Notes: generated by a model from the letters alone, not told the origin. Positions 1 through 8,263 are shown, counted from the stretch's first letter. The stretch is 16,369 bases of DNA from an uncultured bacterium (GCA_964607485.1 CAZSKP010000040.1:1-16369), one strand, 5' to 3'. Numbers and translations: made by a program.

Positions 1-1
1 G

Positions 2-1099
2 GACCAGTCGCAACCCGGCCTAAGCCCCAGCCAGCCGGACGGCCTCGATGAGGCGGCCAAGCTGGTCAACCGAATATTGGGCATGGAACGGCTCGAGGGC
101 AAGCTGAGAAAAGGCGGCATCGGTCCGGCCGAAGAGCCGCTTCTGGCCGAAATGCTCGGCCCCGATGCGCTCACGTGTCTAAACATGGTTGCAGAACTCC
201 AGGCCGAACTCCTGAGGGCCGGCTATCTGGAAAGCGGTCGCAACGGCTTGAAACTGACGCCGCGCGCGATTAGGCGAATCGCGCAGAAGGCGCTATCCGA
301 CATTTTCTCGAACCTGGACAAGAACCACCTTGGCGGACACGAAATCACCCGCAAGGGCGCCGGACAGCCCGACATGAGCGACACAAAGGCCTACGGCTTC
401 GGCGATTCCTTCAACGTTCACCTGAGCAGGACGTTGATGAACGCGCTCGTTCGCGACGCCAGCCGGATACCCCTCGATATCACCCCGGCCGACTTCGAGG
501 TCTATGATGAGCGGCGTATGACCGATTGCTCCAACGTCATCATGCTCGACCTCAGCTACACCATGTCGCAGAACAGGAAGCTGCAGGCGGCCAAGAAGGT
601 CGTTCTCGCGCTCGACAACCTCATCCGCAGCCGGTTCCCCAGGGACACCCTCCACATCGTGGGCTTCGCCACCTACGCGCGCGAGCTGACGCGCGAGGAA
701 CTGCCCCACGTGAGCCTCACCCTCGGCAACCCGTTCACAAACATACAGGACGGACTGAGGCTCTCCGAAAAAATCATCTCGCGCGAACGTGGAAGGAACC
801 GGCAGATTATCCTCATCACCGACGGCGAGCCTACCGCCTTCTGCAGGGACGGCGACCTCTATGTTGACTATCCGCCCACGCCGGAAATCTTCGCCGAGAC
901 TTTGAAGGAAGTGGCCCGGCTGACACGCAAAGGAATCACCATCAATACCTTCATGCTCGACGACCGGGCGCTGCTCGTCGATTTCGTCGAGCAGATGACT
1001 AAGCTGAACAAAGGCCGCGCCTTCTTTTCCACGCCTCACACGTTGGGGGAATACCTGCTTCTCGACTACCTCGCCCGCCGCCGACGTCTCATCAATTGA
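2..1099 (+). CDS. VWA (von Willebrand factor A) domain protein, 5'-truncated by the window edge
   Basis: Frame is open from position 2, so the true start probably lies upstream. MIDAS-like DLSYT, FTNIQDGL and ILITDGEPT motifs in the C-terminal half. Confidence 0.85.
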   Translation, partial: DQSQPGLSPSQPDGLDEAAKLVNRILGMERLEGKLRKGGIGPAEEPLLAEMLGPDALTCLNMVAELQAELLRAGYLESGRNGLKLTPRAIRRIAQKALSDIFSNLDKNHLGGHEITRKGAGQPDMSDTKAYGFGDSFNVHLSRTLMNALVRDASRIPLDITPADFEVYDERRMTDCSNVIMLDLSYTMSQNRKLQAAKKVVLALDNLIRSRFPRDTLHIVGFATYARELTREELPHVSLTLGNPFTNIQDGLRLSEKIISRERGRNRQIILITDGEPTAFCRDGDLYVDYPPTPEIFAETLKEVARLTRKGITINTFMLDDRALLVDFVEQMTKLNKGRAFFSTPHTLGEYLLLDYLARRRRLIN

Positions 1100-1168
1100 G
1101 AAGAGAAGTTGGCAGCGTTGTACTTTTGCTCTTTCATACATGATCGCTGATCGGGAAGGAGAGGAATC

Positions 1169-1966
1169 ATGACTGACCGTCTGAAGGGGAAAGTCGCAAT
1201 AGTCGTCGGCGCGGGTTCGACTCCCGGCGACACATTGAGCAATGGAAGGGCCACCTCAATGCTTTTTGCGCGCGAAGGCGCCTCGGTGATGCTGGTCGAT
1301 CGCCGGCGGGAATCGGCCGAAGAAACGAGAGAAATCATCGGCGCCGAGGGCGGCGATTCATTCGTATTCGAGGCCGATGTCACCCGTGCCGAGGATTGCA
1401 GGAAAATGGCGGAAAAATGCGTGGAAACATACGGCCGAATCGATGTCCTGCACAACAACGTCGGCATCGGCGAAGGCGGCGGGCCGGTTGAACTGAGCGA
1501 AGAGGATTGGGAGAAAGTGCTCGCTACCAACCTGAAAAGCATGTTTCTGACGTGCAAGCACGCGCTTCCACACATGGAAAAGCAGGGAAGCGGCGCCATC
1601 ATTAACATATCCTCGATGGCCGCCGTTCGCTTCGCGCCTTATCCCATGCTCGCCTACAGCGCATCCAAGGCCGGCGTGAACGCCCTCACCCGCTCAATCG
1701 CCATGCAGTACGCACACCACGGCATCCGCGCAAACGCCATCATGCCGGGCCTCATCAACACCCCGATGGCCATCGAGGGCATTTCCCAGCGCCTGGGTAT
1801 TGAAAAGAAAGACCTCATCCGAATGCGCGACGCGGCTGTTCCGATGAATCACATGGGCGAAGCGTGGGATGTCGCGTACGCGGCGCTCTTCCTTGCGTCG
1901 GACGAGGCAAAATACATCACCGGCGTCATCCTCCCTGTCGATGGCGGCCTCTCCTGCAAAGGGTAG
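1169..1966 (+). CDS. SDR family NAD(P)-dependent oxidoreductase
   Basis: Gly-rich VGAGS..NG Rossmann start, HNNVG, INISS, catalytic YSASK (YxxxK), C-terminal ITG..LPVDGG. RBS AGGAGAGG upstream. Confidence 0.95.
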   Translation: MTDRLKGKVAIVVGAGSTPGDTLSNGRATSMLFAREGASVMLVDRRRESAEETREIIGAEGGDSFVFEADVTRAEDCRKMAEKCVETYGRIDVLHNNVGIGEGGGPVELSEEDWEKVLATNLKSMFLTCKHALPHMEKQGSGAIINISSMAAVRFAPYPMLAYSASKAGVNALTRSIAMQYAHHGIRANAIMPGLINTPMAIEGISQRLGIEKKDLIRMRDAAVPMNHMGEAWDVAYAALFLASDEAKYITGVILPVDGGLSCKG

Positions 1967-2364
1967 CAGAATTTCCCCCACTGCTCCCTAAATGGGGTAT
2001 TGGGAGAGCAAATTTGGCCGCCGGACGCCTGCCGGACTGAACGTTAGCACCCTGCCATTGGACGAAACAGTCATACTGCAACAGGTTTCAAACCGCCGCC
2101 TCCCAGGTCATCTTTCGCCATCCGCACGAGAATCTCTTACCGTCCTTAAGTCTCTTCGGCCAAAGCACTTATTGGCATAAAGGGACGCTTCTTTCACCGT
2201 GCCAGACGCCCCTCGCTGCGTAATCCCCAGGACATTACAATTCGGATATTTTTTGTCATAATCGTTGCTAATTTTTTCCGGCCGGCCTGCGGGACGACAT
2301 GCGCGCATTTATTACAGATTGGAAATAAAGGAGATATGCAAGACGGAACGCTTGGTGAAACCGG

Positions 2365-2380
2365 TGGCATGATACTTGCC
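2365..2380 (+). promoter_or_regulatory. sigma54 (-24/-12) promoter
   Basis: TGGCATGATACTTGCC matches TGGCAC-N5-TTGC with exact GG-N10-GC spacing, in an intergenic region. Confidence 0.7.
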
Positions 2381-2390
2381 AAATACCGCG

Positions 2391-2480
2391 CCAAATAGGA
2401 AGTGCCATTAGCAGTGACTTTGGCGAGCCCGCTAATGGCACCCGGGAAAGCAAGGAATTCCCTTTTCCTTTCCCTTTTTT
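2391..2480 (+). ncRNA. candidate ~90-nt structured small RNA or attenuating leader
   Basis: Begins at the expected +1 of the sigma54 promoter. Perfect 11-bp stem GTGCCATTAGC (2402-2412)/GCTAATGGCAC (2431-2441), then a terminator-like hairpin with a T-run. Confidence 0.45.
2444..2480 (+). terminator. intrinsic terminator-like hairpin
   Basis: GGGAAAG (2444-2450) pairs with CTTTCCC (2468-2474), inner AAGG/CCTT pairing, followed by TTTTTT. Confidence 0.6.
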
Positions 2481-2629
2481 CATTATAGCCCCGGCTCGCT
2501 CGAAAGTCAAACGCGCATCAAGCGCGAATATCGGGAGGGGGGATGCGATAGCGACAAAATCTGCGACCTCTTTGCAGCAGAGCTCAGCATGAATCGACGA
2601 AGAATCAAGCAATCATTAGGAGGCGGACA

Positions 2630-2992
2630 ATGGGATTCAAACTCTTCGCGAAATCGCTCTTTTCACGCCCGGCACGTTGTCCTGCGGCCATGTTCACAAG
2701 GACAACCGCCGCGAGAGGATTCGTGACGCTGATGCTGGGGTTGGCTGCGGCAACAGTCTTGGCCGCTCCTTCCTCTGCGAGTATCGTGAACTCCGACTCG
2801 CGGCCAAACAGCTCCGGCGCAAGCGCGTCCTTGCAAGAGACCGAACTCTGTCAGTACTGCCATTCGTCTCGCAAGGCATCGAACCGGACCATCGGCGACG
2901 CGACGGAGGCATCTTGCCTGTTTTACGGTGAGAAGGTGATCGGCACGGTAAAGTGCTCGTCGTGTCACAAGCCCATCTGCCGGCAACCCTGA
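2630..2992 (+). CDS. small exported c-type cytochrome with two CxxCH motifs
   Basis: Strong RBS AGGAGG. Hydrophobic signal-like segment (FVTLMLGLAAATVLAAPSSA). Heme motifs CQYCH and CSSCH. Confidence 0.65.
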   Translation: MGFKLFAKSLFSRPARCPAAMFTRTTAARGFVTLMLGLAAATVLAAPSSASIVNSDSRPNSSGASASLQETELCQYCHSSRKASNRTIGDATEASCLFYGEKVIGTVKCSSCHKPICRQP

Positions 2993-3123
2993 CACTCTTT
3001 GCTGTCTGCAAAGTCGTCAAGAATGCCGGTCTCACGGTTCGGGTGCAATCCGGCTGTCGAGCGGTCGAGCATATTTACCGGGAAAGCCCGCTTCCAACCG
3101 AAAGATTCGGCAATATCGGCCGG

Positions 3124-3152
3124 TTGACAAAAGGGTTTACGTGAAATATAAT
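3124..3152 (+). promoter_or_regulatory. consensus sigma70 promoter upstream of iscU
   Basis: TTGACA (3124-3129), 17-nt spacer, TATAAT (3147-3152): a perfect consensus match. Confidence 0.85.
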
Positions 3153-3325
3153 GAGCGCGGTCGGACACCGTTTTCCCGGATGACTTGACCGACAATCGAG
3201 CAGTCGCTTGTTGGCCGATTCGCTCATCGATAGCCCGAGCGGCCGATTGGTTCCATACTGTAATGAGAAGGGCGAGTGGACGGAAGCCGCGCTCCCAGCG
3301 TCCCTTACGAACAAGAGGTGCATGA

Positions 3326-3712
3326 ATGTACAGCGAAAAAGTCATGGAGCATTTCTCCAATCCGCGCAACGTGGGCGAGATCCCCGATGCCGACGGCGTC
3401 GGCACGGTCGGGAATCCCGTTTGCGGCGACGTGATGAAGATTTTCATAACGGTCGAAGACGACCATCTCACGGACATAAAATTCAAGACGTTCGGATGCG
3501 GCGCCGCCATTGCCACCAGCAGCATGGTGACCGAGATGGCCAAGGGTAAGTCGCTCGATGAAGCGCTTGAAATCTCCAACAAGACGGTTGCCGAGGCGCT
3601 CGACGGGCTGCCCCCGCAGAAAATGCACTGCTCCAACCTCGCCGCAGACGCTCTGCATGCCGCAATAGATGACTATCGACAAAAGCACCCGGCGAAAGCC
3701 CCAACGGAATGA
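3326..3712 (+). CDS. iscU: Fe-S cluster assembly scaffold, IscU/NifU N-terminal type
   Basis: YSEKVMEHF.NPRNVG, GNPVCGD, FKTFGCGAAIA, LPPQKMHCSNLA: all three conserved Cys present. RBS GAGGTG. Confidence 0.95.
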   Translation: MYSEKVMEHFSNPRNVGEIPDADGVGTVGNPVCGDVMKIFITVEDDHLTDIKFKTFGCGAAIATSSMVTEMAKGKSLDEALEISNKTVAEALDGLPPQKMHCSNLAADALHAAIDDYRQKHPAKAPTE

Positions 3713-3857
3713 GGGTTTGCAGAGAAGCCATCGGAATGCGCAGACGGCCCGAGCGACCGAACAAGATGAGCCCTTTGTCCAGAATCCCCCGCAAAGCGAG
3801 TTGGAACGCGGAGCCGCGGCCGGGATCGGCTGCCGCGTTGTGAGGAACCCCGACTGA

Positions 3858-4712
3858 ATGTCGCTTTCAAGCGAGGTTGTCAAACTGTACCGCCGCATGG
3901 CGACCGACCTTTCGCCCGATATTTCCGACGGCCTCGCGAAGGCGCGCGCATCCGAAGAAAAAGACAGTCCCGCATACACGGCCATTTCCACCATAATCGA
4001 GAACGTCGAGCTTGCGCGGTCCGAGTCGAAGCCCATCTGTCAGGACACCGGGTATCCCGTGTTCTTCGTCACGATTTCCGAAGGCGCATCCATCCCAAAG
4101 GTCCGGGAAGCTATCGTCGAGGCCACCAAGGTCGCGACGGCCGAGATTCCGCTGAGGCCGAACGCGGTGGATTCTGTGACCGGCGCAAATTCTGGCGACA
4201 ACACCGGCACGCTCTGGCCGCTGATTTACTTCGAGGGCTGGCAGAACAACCACATACTCATTCGCGCAATGCTCAAAGGCGGCGGCAGTGAAAACTGCGG
4301 CGCAACCTACAAGCTTCCCGACCCCCGCCTCGGCGCCGCTCGCGACCTCGAAGGAGTGAGAAAAGTCGTGCTCGACGCGGTGCACGCTGCGCAGGGCCGC
4401 GCCTGCCCGCCATACGTGCTCGGCGTCGCGCTCGGCGGAAGCAAAGATGCCGTGGCACGGCTCTCGAAGGAGCAATTGTTCAGGCAGCTCGACGACTCCA
4501 GCCCTTCAACGGAACTCGCTGCGCTGGAGCGGAAGCTCCTCGACGAGGCCAATAGCCTCGGCATCGGTCCGATTGGCGTCGGCGGCAGGACATGCGTCAT
4601 GGGTGTCAAGATCGGAGCCGCCCACCGGCACGCGGCGACCTACTTCGTCGATATAGCGTTCTGCTGCTGGGCCGACCGCAAGGGCACACTCGAATATCAC
4701 GGGAAACCATAG
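3858..4712 (+). CDS. class I Fe-S hydro-lyase (fumarate/tartrate hydratase) alpha subunit
   Basis: PICQDTG, KGGGSEN, GRACPP, GIGPIGVGG and C-terminal CCWADR motifs. Confidence 0.93.
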   Translation: MSLSSEVVKLYRRMATDLSPDISDGLAKARASEEKDSPAYTAISTIIENVELARSESKPICQDTGYPVFFVTISEGASIPKVREAIVEATKVATAEIPLRPNAVDSVTGANSGDNTGTLWPLIYFEGWQNNHILIRAMLKGGGSENCGATYKLPDPRLGAARDLEGVRKVVLDAVHAAQGRACPPYVLGVALGGSKDAVARLSKEQLFRQLDDSSPSTELAALERKLLDEANSLGIGPIGVGGRTCVMGVKIGAAHRHAATYFVDIAFCCWADRKGTLEYHGKP

Positions 4713-4714
4713 CG

Positions 4715-5305
4715 ATGGCCGACTATCAGCTCAAAACCCCGCTCGCCGAAGCCGACGTGCGCGCATTGAAGGTTGGCGACACGGTCAGGCTGAGCGGTTC
4801 GATATTCACCGCTCGCGACCGGGCCCACAAGTACCTGATCGAAGAGGCGACACCCGAGACGCTCGAATTCGACCTCAGAGGCGGAGCGCTCTATCACTGC
4901 GGCCCGCTGGTTCGGAGGAAGAACGGGGGTTTCGAGCTCGTCGTGGCCGGCCCGACGACCAGCAATCGCATGAACCCGTATGAGGCCGACGTGATAGCCC
5001 GGTACGGCATTCGTGCGATAATAGGAAAAGGGGGGATGGACGACCGCACGCTCGAGGCGCTGGGGCGGCACGGCTGCGTGTACCTCTCGGCGGTGAGCGG
5101 AGCCGCGGTCGTTCTCGCGCGCTACGTGACGAGAATACTGAACGTGCACAAACTCGAGGAGTTCGGGATGCCCGAGTGCTTCTGGGAGTTCGAGGTGAAA
5201 GGGTTCCCGGCAATCGTTACCATGGACACACGCGGCGAAAGCATCCACAGGCTGGTCGAAACAGCTTCGGCTGAGAGGCTGAAAGGATTGTTGCGTACAA
5301 AGTGA
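4715..5305 (+). CDS. class I Fe-S hydro-lyase (fumarate/tartrate hydratase) beta subunit
   Basis: ATG at 4715, just after the alpha-subunit stop; the ORF-track start at 4592 overlaps alpha. TARDRAH, YHCGP, GPTTSNRM, IGKGGM and GMPE motifs. Confidence 0.93.
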   Translation: MADYQLKTPLAEADVRALKVGDTVRLSGSIFTARDRAHKYLIEEATPETLEFDLRGGALYHCGPLVRRKNGGFELVVAGPTTSNRMNPYEADVIARYGIRAIIGKGGMDDRTLEALGRHGCVYLSAVSGAAVVLARYVTRILNVHKLEEFGMPECFWEFEVKGFPAIVTMDTRGESIHRLVETASAERLKGLLRTK

Positions 5306-5365
5306 GCGGCGCTCCAAAGAACGCACGGGGAAAAACAGCGGGGTTAACTGTGAGGTGAGGAGACT

Positions 5366-5833
5366 ATGATCAAGATCGAGAAGATTCTGTTTCCGACCGA
5401 CTTTTCCGACCATAGTAAGAACGCTTTCCGCTACGCGGTCTCGTTTGCGAAGGAATACGGGGCGAAGCTTTACGTGCTCCACGTGATAGAAGACATACAG
5501 TACCTCGCAAACGCCTACATGTTCGACGTCCCCATAATGCCGTCGTTCGCAGATATGGAGCAAAACCGCCTGAAGGAGATGCAGGAGTTCATCGACCGAG
5601 AGGTCACCGACCCGGAGATAAAGATTGAAAAAGTGATACGGCGCGGACGGCCATTCATTGAGATAATTCAGATGGCGCGCGAGGAAAACATCGACCTGAT
5701 AGTGACCGCCACACACGGCCGGGGCGGGCTGGAACATGTGCTCTTCGGCAGCGTCGCCGAAAAAGTCGTGCGCAAGGCCCCCTGCCCCGTGCTCAGCATA
5801 CGGACGCCGGGCCAGGAGTTCTCCATGCCGTGA
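5366..5833 (+). CDS. universal stress protein (Usp family)
   Basis: KILFPTDFS, LYVLHV, ATHGRGG..FGSVAEKVVRKAPCPVL. RBS GAGGAG. Confidence 0.95.
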   Translation: MIKIEKILFPTDFSDHSKNAFRYAVSFAKEYGAKLYVLHVIEDIQYLANAYMFDVPIMPSFADMEQNRLKEMQEFIDREVTDPEIKIEKVIRRGRPFIEIIQMAREENIDLIVTATHGRGGLEHVLFGSVAEKVVRKAPCPVLSIRTPGQEFSMP

Positions 5834-5837
5834 AAAC

Positions 5838-5866
5838 TTGTCCGACACGCGATAATTTGGCATAAT
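5838..5866 (+). promoter_or_regulatory. candidate sigma70 promoter for the nfu gene
   Basis: TTGTCC, 17-nt spacer, CATAAT, with an extended -10 TG. Confidence 0.45.
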
Positions 5867-5905
5867 AGATTGGAAGAATTCGCAACTACGGAAGGAGGTT
5901 CAGGA

Positions 5906-6127
5906 GTGAAAGAAAAAGTTCAGGAAGCCCTTAACGGCATCAGACCCCAATTGCAGGCCGACGGTGGAGACATCGAGCTCATAGAGGTAACCGATGACGG
6001 TGTGGTGAAAGTGCGCCTCGTGGGCGCATGTTCAGGCTGTCCCGGCGCCCAGATGACCTTACAGCTCGGAGTCGAACGCGTGCTCAAGGCGCATGTGCCC
6101 GAGATCAAAGCGGTCGAAGCGGTCTGA
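5906..6127 (+). CDS. Nfu/NifU C-terminal domain Fe-S carrier
   Basis: IRPQLQADGGDIEL, GACSGCP (CxxC), MTLQLGVE. GTG start at 5906 chosen from RBS AAGGAGG and domain length. Confidence 0.93.
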   Translation: MKEKVQEALNGIRPQLQADGGDIELIEVTDDGVVKVRLVGACSGCPGAQMTLQLGVERVLKAHVPEIKAVEAV

Positions 6128-6149
6128 AGGACTCAACAGAAAGACACCT

Positions 6150-6188
6150 CGGAGAGAAGCGCGCCTGCGCCGGGTGCGCCTCTTTCCG
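6150..6188 (+). terminator. GC-rich hairpin after nfu, possible terminator
   Basis: CGGAGAGAA-GCGCGCCTG-cgc-CGGGTGCGC-CTCTTTCCG imperfect stem-loop; the U-tract is weak. Confidence 0.4.
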
Positions 6189-6379
6189 TAAATTGCATTT
6201 GTGCGCAAAGAGATTTTCGGTTCCTGTCTATTACCCCGAACTCATTAGATCAAGCGTGCGACAGCGGAGAGATAAGCCTTGCACAAATTTCTTGGCAAAC
6301 AGATCTCTCAGCGAGATATCCATACGCGCGCTTCAGTGAGGAATCATAACCGCGTGGAGTCCATCAAAGGAGCCATCGC

Positions 6380-7669
6380 ATGAAGAAGATCCTCTACATC
6401 GTCCTTGACGGTCTGGGTGACAGGGCCACGCCGGCCCTGGGGAACCGCACCCCGCTCGAAGCCGCGCACACGCCCGAAATGGACAAGCTCGCGCGCCGGG
6501 GTGAAAACGGAGTCATGTACACCGTCGCGCCCGGCATCGCGCCCGAATCCGACATAGCGGTCATATCCATCCTCGGCTACGACGCGTACAAGTACTACAC
6601 GGGCAGGGGTCCGCTCGAATCGCACGCGGTCGGGCTGAAAGTCAACACGGGCGACCTGGCGTACCGGGTAAACTTCGCCACGATGGGCGAGGGCCGCAAT
6701 ATCGCCGACCGACGCGTCGGCAGAAACCTGACCACCCCCGAGGCCGACGAGCTGTCCCGCGAAATAAATGCAAAGGTGAAGCTCACCTCGGTCCCCGGAG
6801 CAAGCTTTGAATTCAAGAACACCATCGAGCACAGAGGCGTGCTCGTCATCCGATGCGGCGGAAAGCTCTCCGCCGAGGTCTCCAACACCGACCCGGCATA
6901 CGGCCGAGAGGGCCTGCTCGGCGTGGCGCTCGAGAAATTCGAAGACGTCGTGCAGACGTGCGAGCCGCTCGACGGCGCCACCAACCTCAAAGCAGCGCAG
7001 ATGTCGGCCAAGTTGACAAACGAGTTCGTCGAAAAGAGCCATGAGACGCTGGAGGCATCCGAGGTCAACAAGAAGCGGCGGTCGCAGGGCAAGCTGCCCG
7101 GCAACCTGATACTCACCCGCGACGGCGGCGACCGGCTTCCGCAGATGCCGCCCATCAGCAAGCGGTTCGGCGTGCAGTTCGGCTGTTTCCAGGAGATGCC
7201 GGTGGAAAAGGGGATCGCCATGCTCACCGGCATGGACATCGTGCCGGTGCCCCAGGCGTCGGGCAACCCTGAGAGGGATTATCCCTACCTGGCCAAGCTG
7301 GCGGTGCAGGAGCTGCCCAAATACGGAGGCCTGTACATCCACATAAAAGGCCCCGACATCCCCGGCCACGACGGCAGGGCCGAGCAGAAAAGGGACATCA
7401 TCGAGGCCATCGACAAATTTTTCCTGGCCAATTTGGTTCCCGGCCTGGATTTCAGCGGCATTGTCCTCACATTGACCGCCGACCATTCGACGCCGTGCAT
7501 AATGAAGTCGCACTCGGCCGACCCCGTGCCGATCCTGATATTGGATTCTTCACTCAAGCCGGACGGCACGAAAGCGTTCACCGAGGCCGAATGCGCCAAG
7601 GGCAAGCTGGGACAGATAACCGGAGTGCAGTTGCTGCCGAAGCTGGTCGAGCTGGCCGGCGGCGGCTGA
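6380..7669 (+). CDS. apgM: 2,3-bisphosphoglycerate-independent phosphoglycerate mutase, archaeal type
   Basis: DGLGD, TPLEAA.TP.MD, PESD (catalytic Ser), YYTGRGPLE, KGPD.PGHDG, TADHSTP and HSADPVP metalloenzyme motifs. Confidence 0.9.
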   Translation: MKKILYIVLDGLGDRATPALGNRTPLEAAHTPEMDKLARRGENGVMYTVAPGIAPESDIAVISILGYDAYKYYTGRGPLESHAVGLKVNTGDLAYRVNFATMGEGRNIADRRVGRNLTTPEADELSREINAKVKLTSVPGASFEFKNTIEHRGVLVIRCGGKLSAEVSNTDPAYGREGLLGVALEKFEDVVQTCEPLDGATNLKAAQMSAKLTNEFVEKSHETLEASEVNKKRRSQGKLPGNLILTRDGGDRLPQMPPISKRFGVQFGCFQEMPVEKGIAMLTGMDIVPVPQASGNPERDYPYLAKLAVQELPKYGGLYIHIKGPDIPGHDGRAEQKRDIIEAIDKFFLANLVPGLDFSGIVLTLTADHSTPCIMKSHSADPVPILILDSSLKPDGTKAFTEAECAKGKLGQITGVQLLPKLVELAGGG

Positions 7670-7681
7670 AAGGAGCAAACG

Positions 7682-7888
7682 TTGCCAGACGAATCCTCTT
7701 CCGAACACTACACCACGAGCGAGTGGACGCGCGAGGAATGGGAGCGTGCGTGGAACCTCAAGGTGGGCACCGCGTATAGCTGCGCCAAGTGCGGCAACAT
7801 GATAATGATAACCAAGGGCGGCGTCGGTACGCTCGAGCCCACATGCTGCGACGAGCCGATGAAACCCACCCGGAGAGAGCAAACGTGA
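7682..7888 (+). CDS. stand-alone desulforedoxin-like (Cys4 metal site) protein with an acidic N-terminal extension
   Basis: RBS AAGGAG and TTG start. YSCAKCGN...TCCDEPM = CxxC-x17-CC-x2-PM. Confidence 0.8.
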   Translation: MPDESSSEHYTTSEWTREEWERAWNLKVGTAYSCAKCGNMIMITKGGVGTLEPTCCDEPMKPTRREQT

Positions 7889-7916
7889 CGGTTCAGCACC
7901 GCACAGGAGGTTCCCA

Positions 7917-8162
7917 TTGAAGCTCGGCCACACGTTTCGCTGCTCGGTGTGCGGCTCCGAAACGGTCGTCATCCGCGCGGGAAAAGGGGCGTTACGGCCC
8001 GTATGCTGCAACCAGCCTATGGTCCTGCTCAAGAAGAGGACCGAGATGTATCGCTGCCCCGTGTGCGGCTCCGAGGTTGCCGTGATAAGCTGGAAAACAG
8101 GCAACCTGCGGCTCGTATGCTGCAATGTTCCGATGCGAGCTCTCGTAGCAAAATCCGCTTAA
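7917..8162 (+). CDS. tandem double desulforedoxin-like domain protein
   Basis: RBS AGGAGG and TTG start. FRCSVCGSE...VCCNQPM and YRCPVCGSE...VCCNVPM. Confidence 0.82.
   Translation: MKLGHTFRCSVCGSETVVIRAGKGALRPVCCNQPMVLLKKRTEMYRCPVCGSEVAVISWKTGNLRLVCCNVPMRALVAKSA
7937..8135 (+). repeat. intragenic 114-bp-period imperfect tandem duplication
   Basis: TCGCTGCnnnGTGTGCGGCTCCGA at 7937 and 8051; CGTATGCTGCAA at 8000 and 8114. Confidence 0.85.
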
Positions 8163-8168
8163 GAGCCC

Positions 8169-8197
8169 TTGATTTTCGCGGTATTCGTGATTATACT
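8169..8197 (+). promoter_or_regulatory. candidate sigma70 promoter for hsp20-lon
   Basis: TTGATT, 17-nt spacer, TATACT. Confidence 0.6.
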
Positions 8198-8263
8198 TTA
8201 CCGTAAGGCTGTGAACAGTCTCCCTCCGCCCTCTGCTGCCGGATTTTTGAAAGGAAGTTGACG

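Noticed and set aside
2336-2398. 20-codon ORF MQDGTLGETGGMILAKYRAK as a leader peptide before the hairpins
   Set aside because: AAGGAG is only 2 nt from the ATG, there is no regulatory codon run, and it overlaps the sigma54 promoter.
2366-2443. Fluoride riboswitch resemblance (GGCATGATACTTGCC ... GCTAATGGCACC)
   Set aside because: The 5' part lacks the GGYRATG pattern and pseudoknot complementarity. The 3' part is better explained by the perfect 11-bp stem.
3182-3206. Possible IscR/Rrf2 box (CTTGAC...) in the iscU leader
   Set aside because: The second half-site and spacing do not fit the IscR type 1 palindrome.
3709-3843. 44-codon ORF overlapping the iscU stop, and a GC hairpin near 3805-3839
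   Set aside because: No RBS or motif for the ORF. The hairpin has no U-tract, so no function can be assigned.
4592-4714. Upstream extension of the hydratase beta ORF
   Set aside because: It overlaps the alpha subunit; the recognisable domain starts at ATG 4715.
293-7513. Other long antisense ORFs (293-1141, 4697-5863, 6344-7513 and similar)
   Set aside because: They overlap well-supported + strand genes and are typical high-GC shadow frames.
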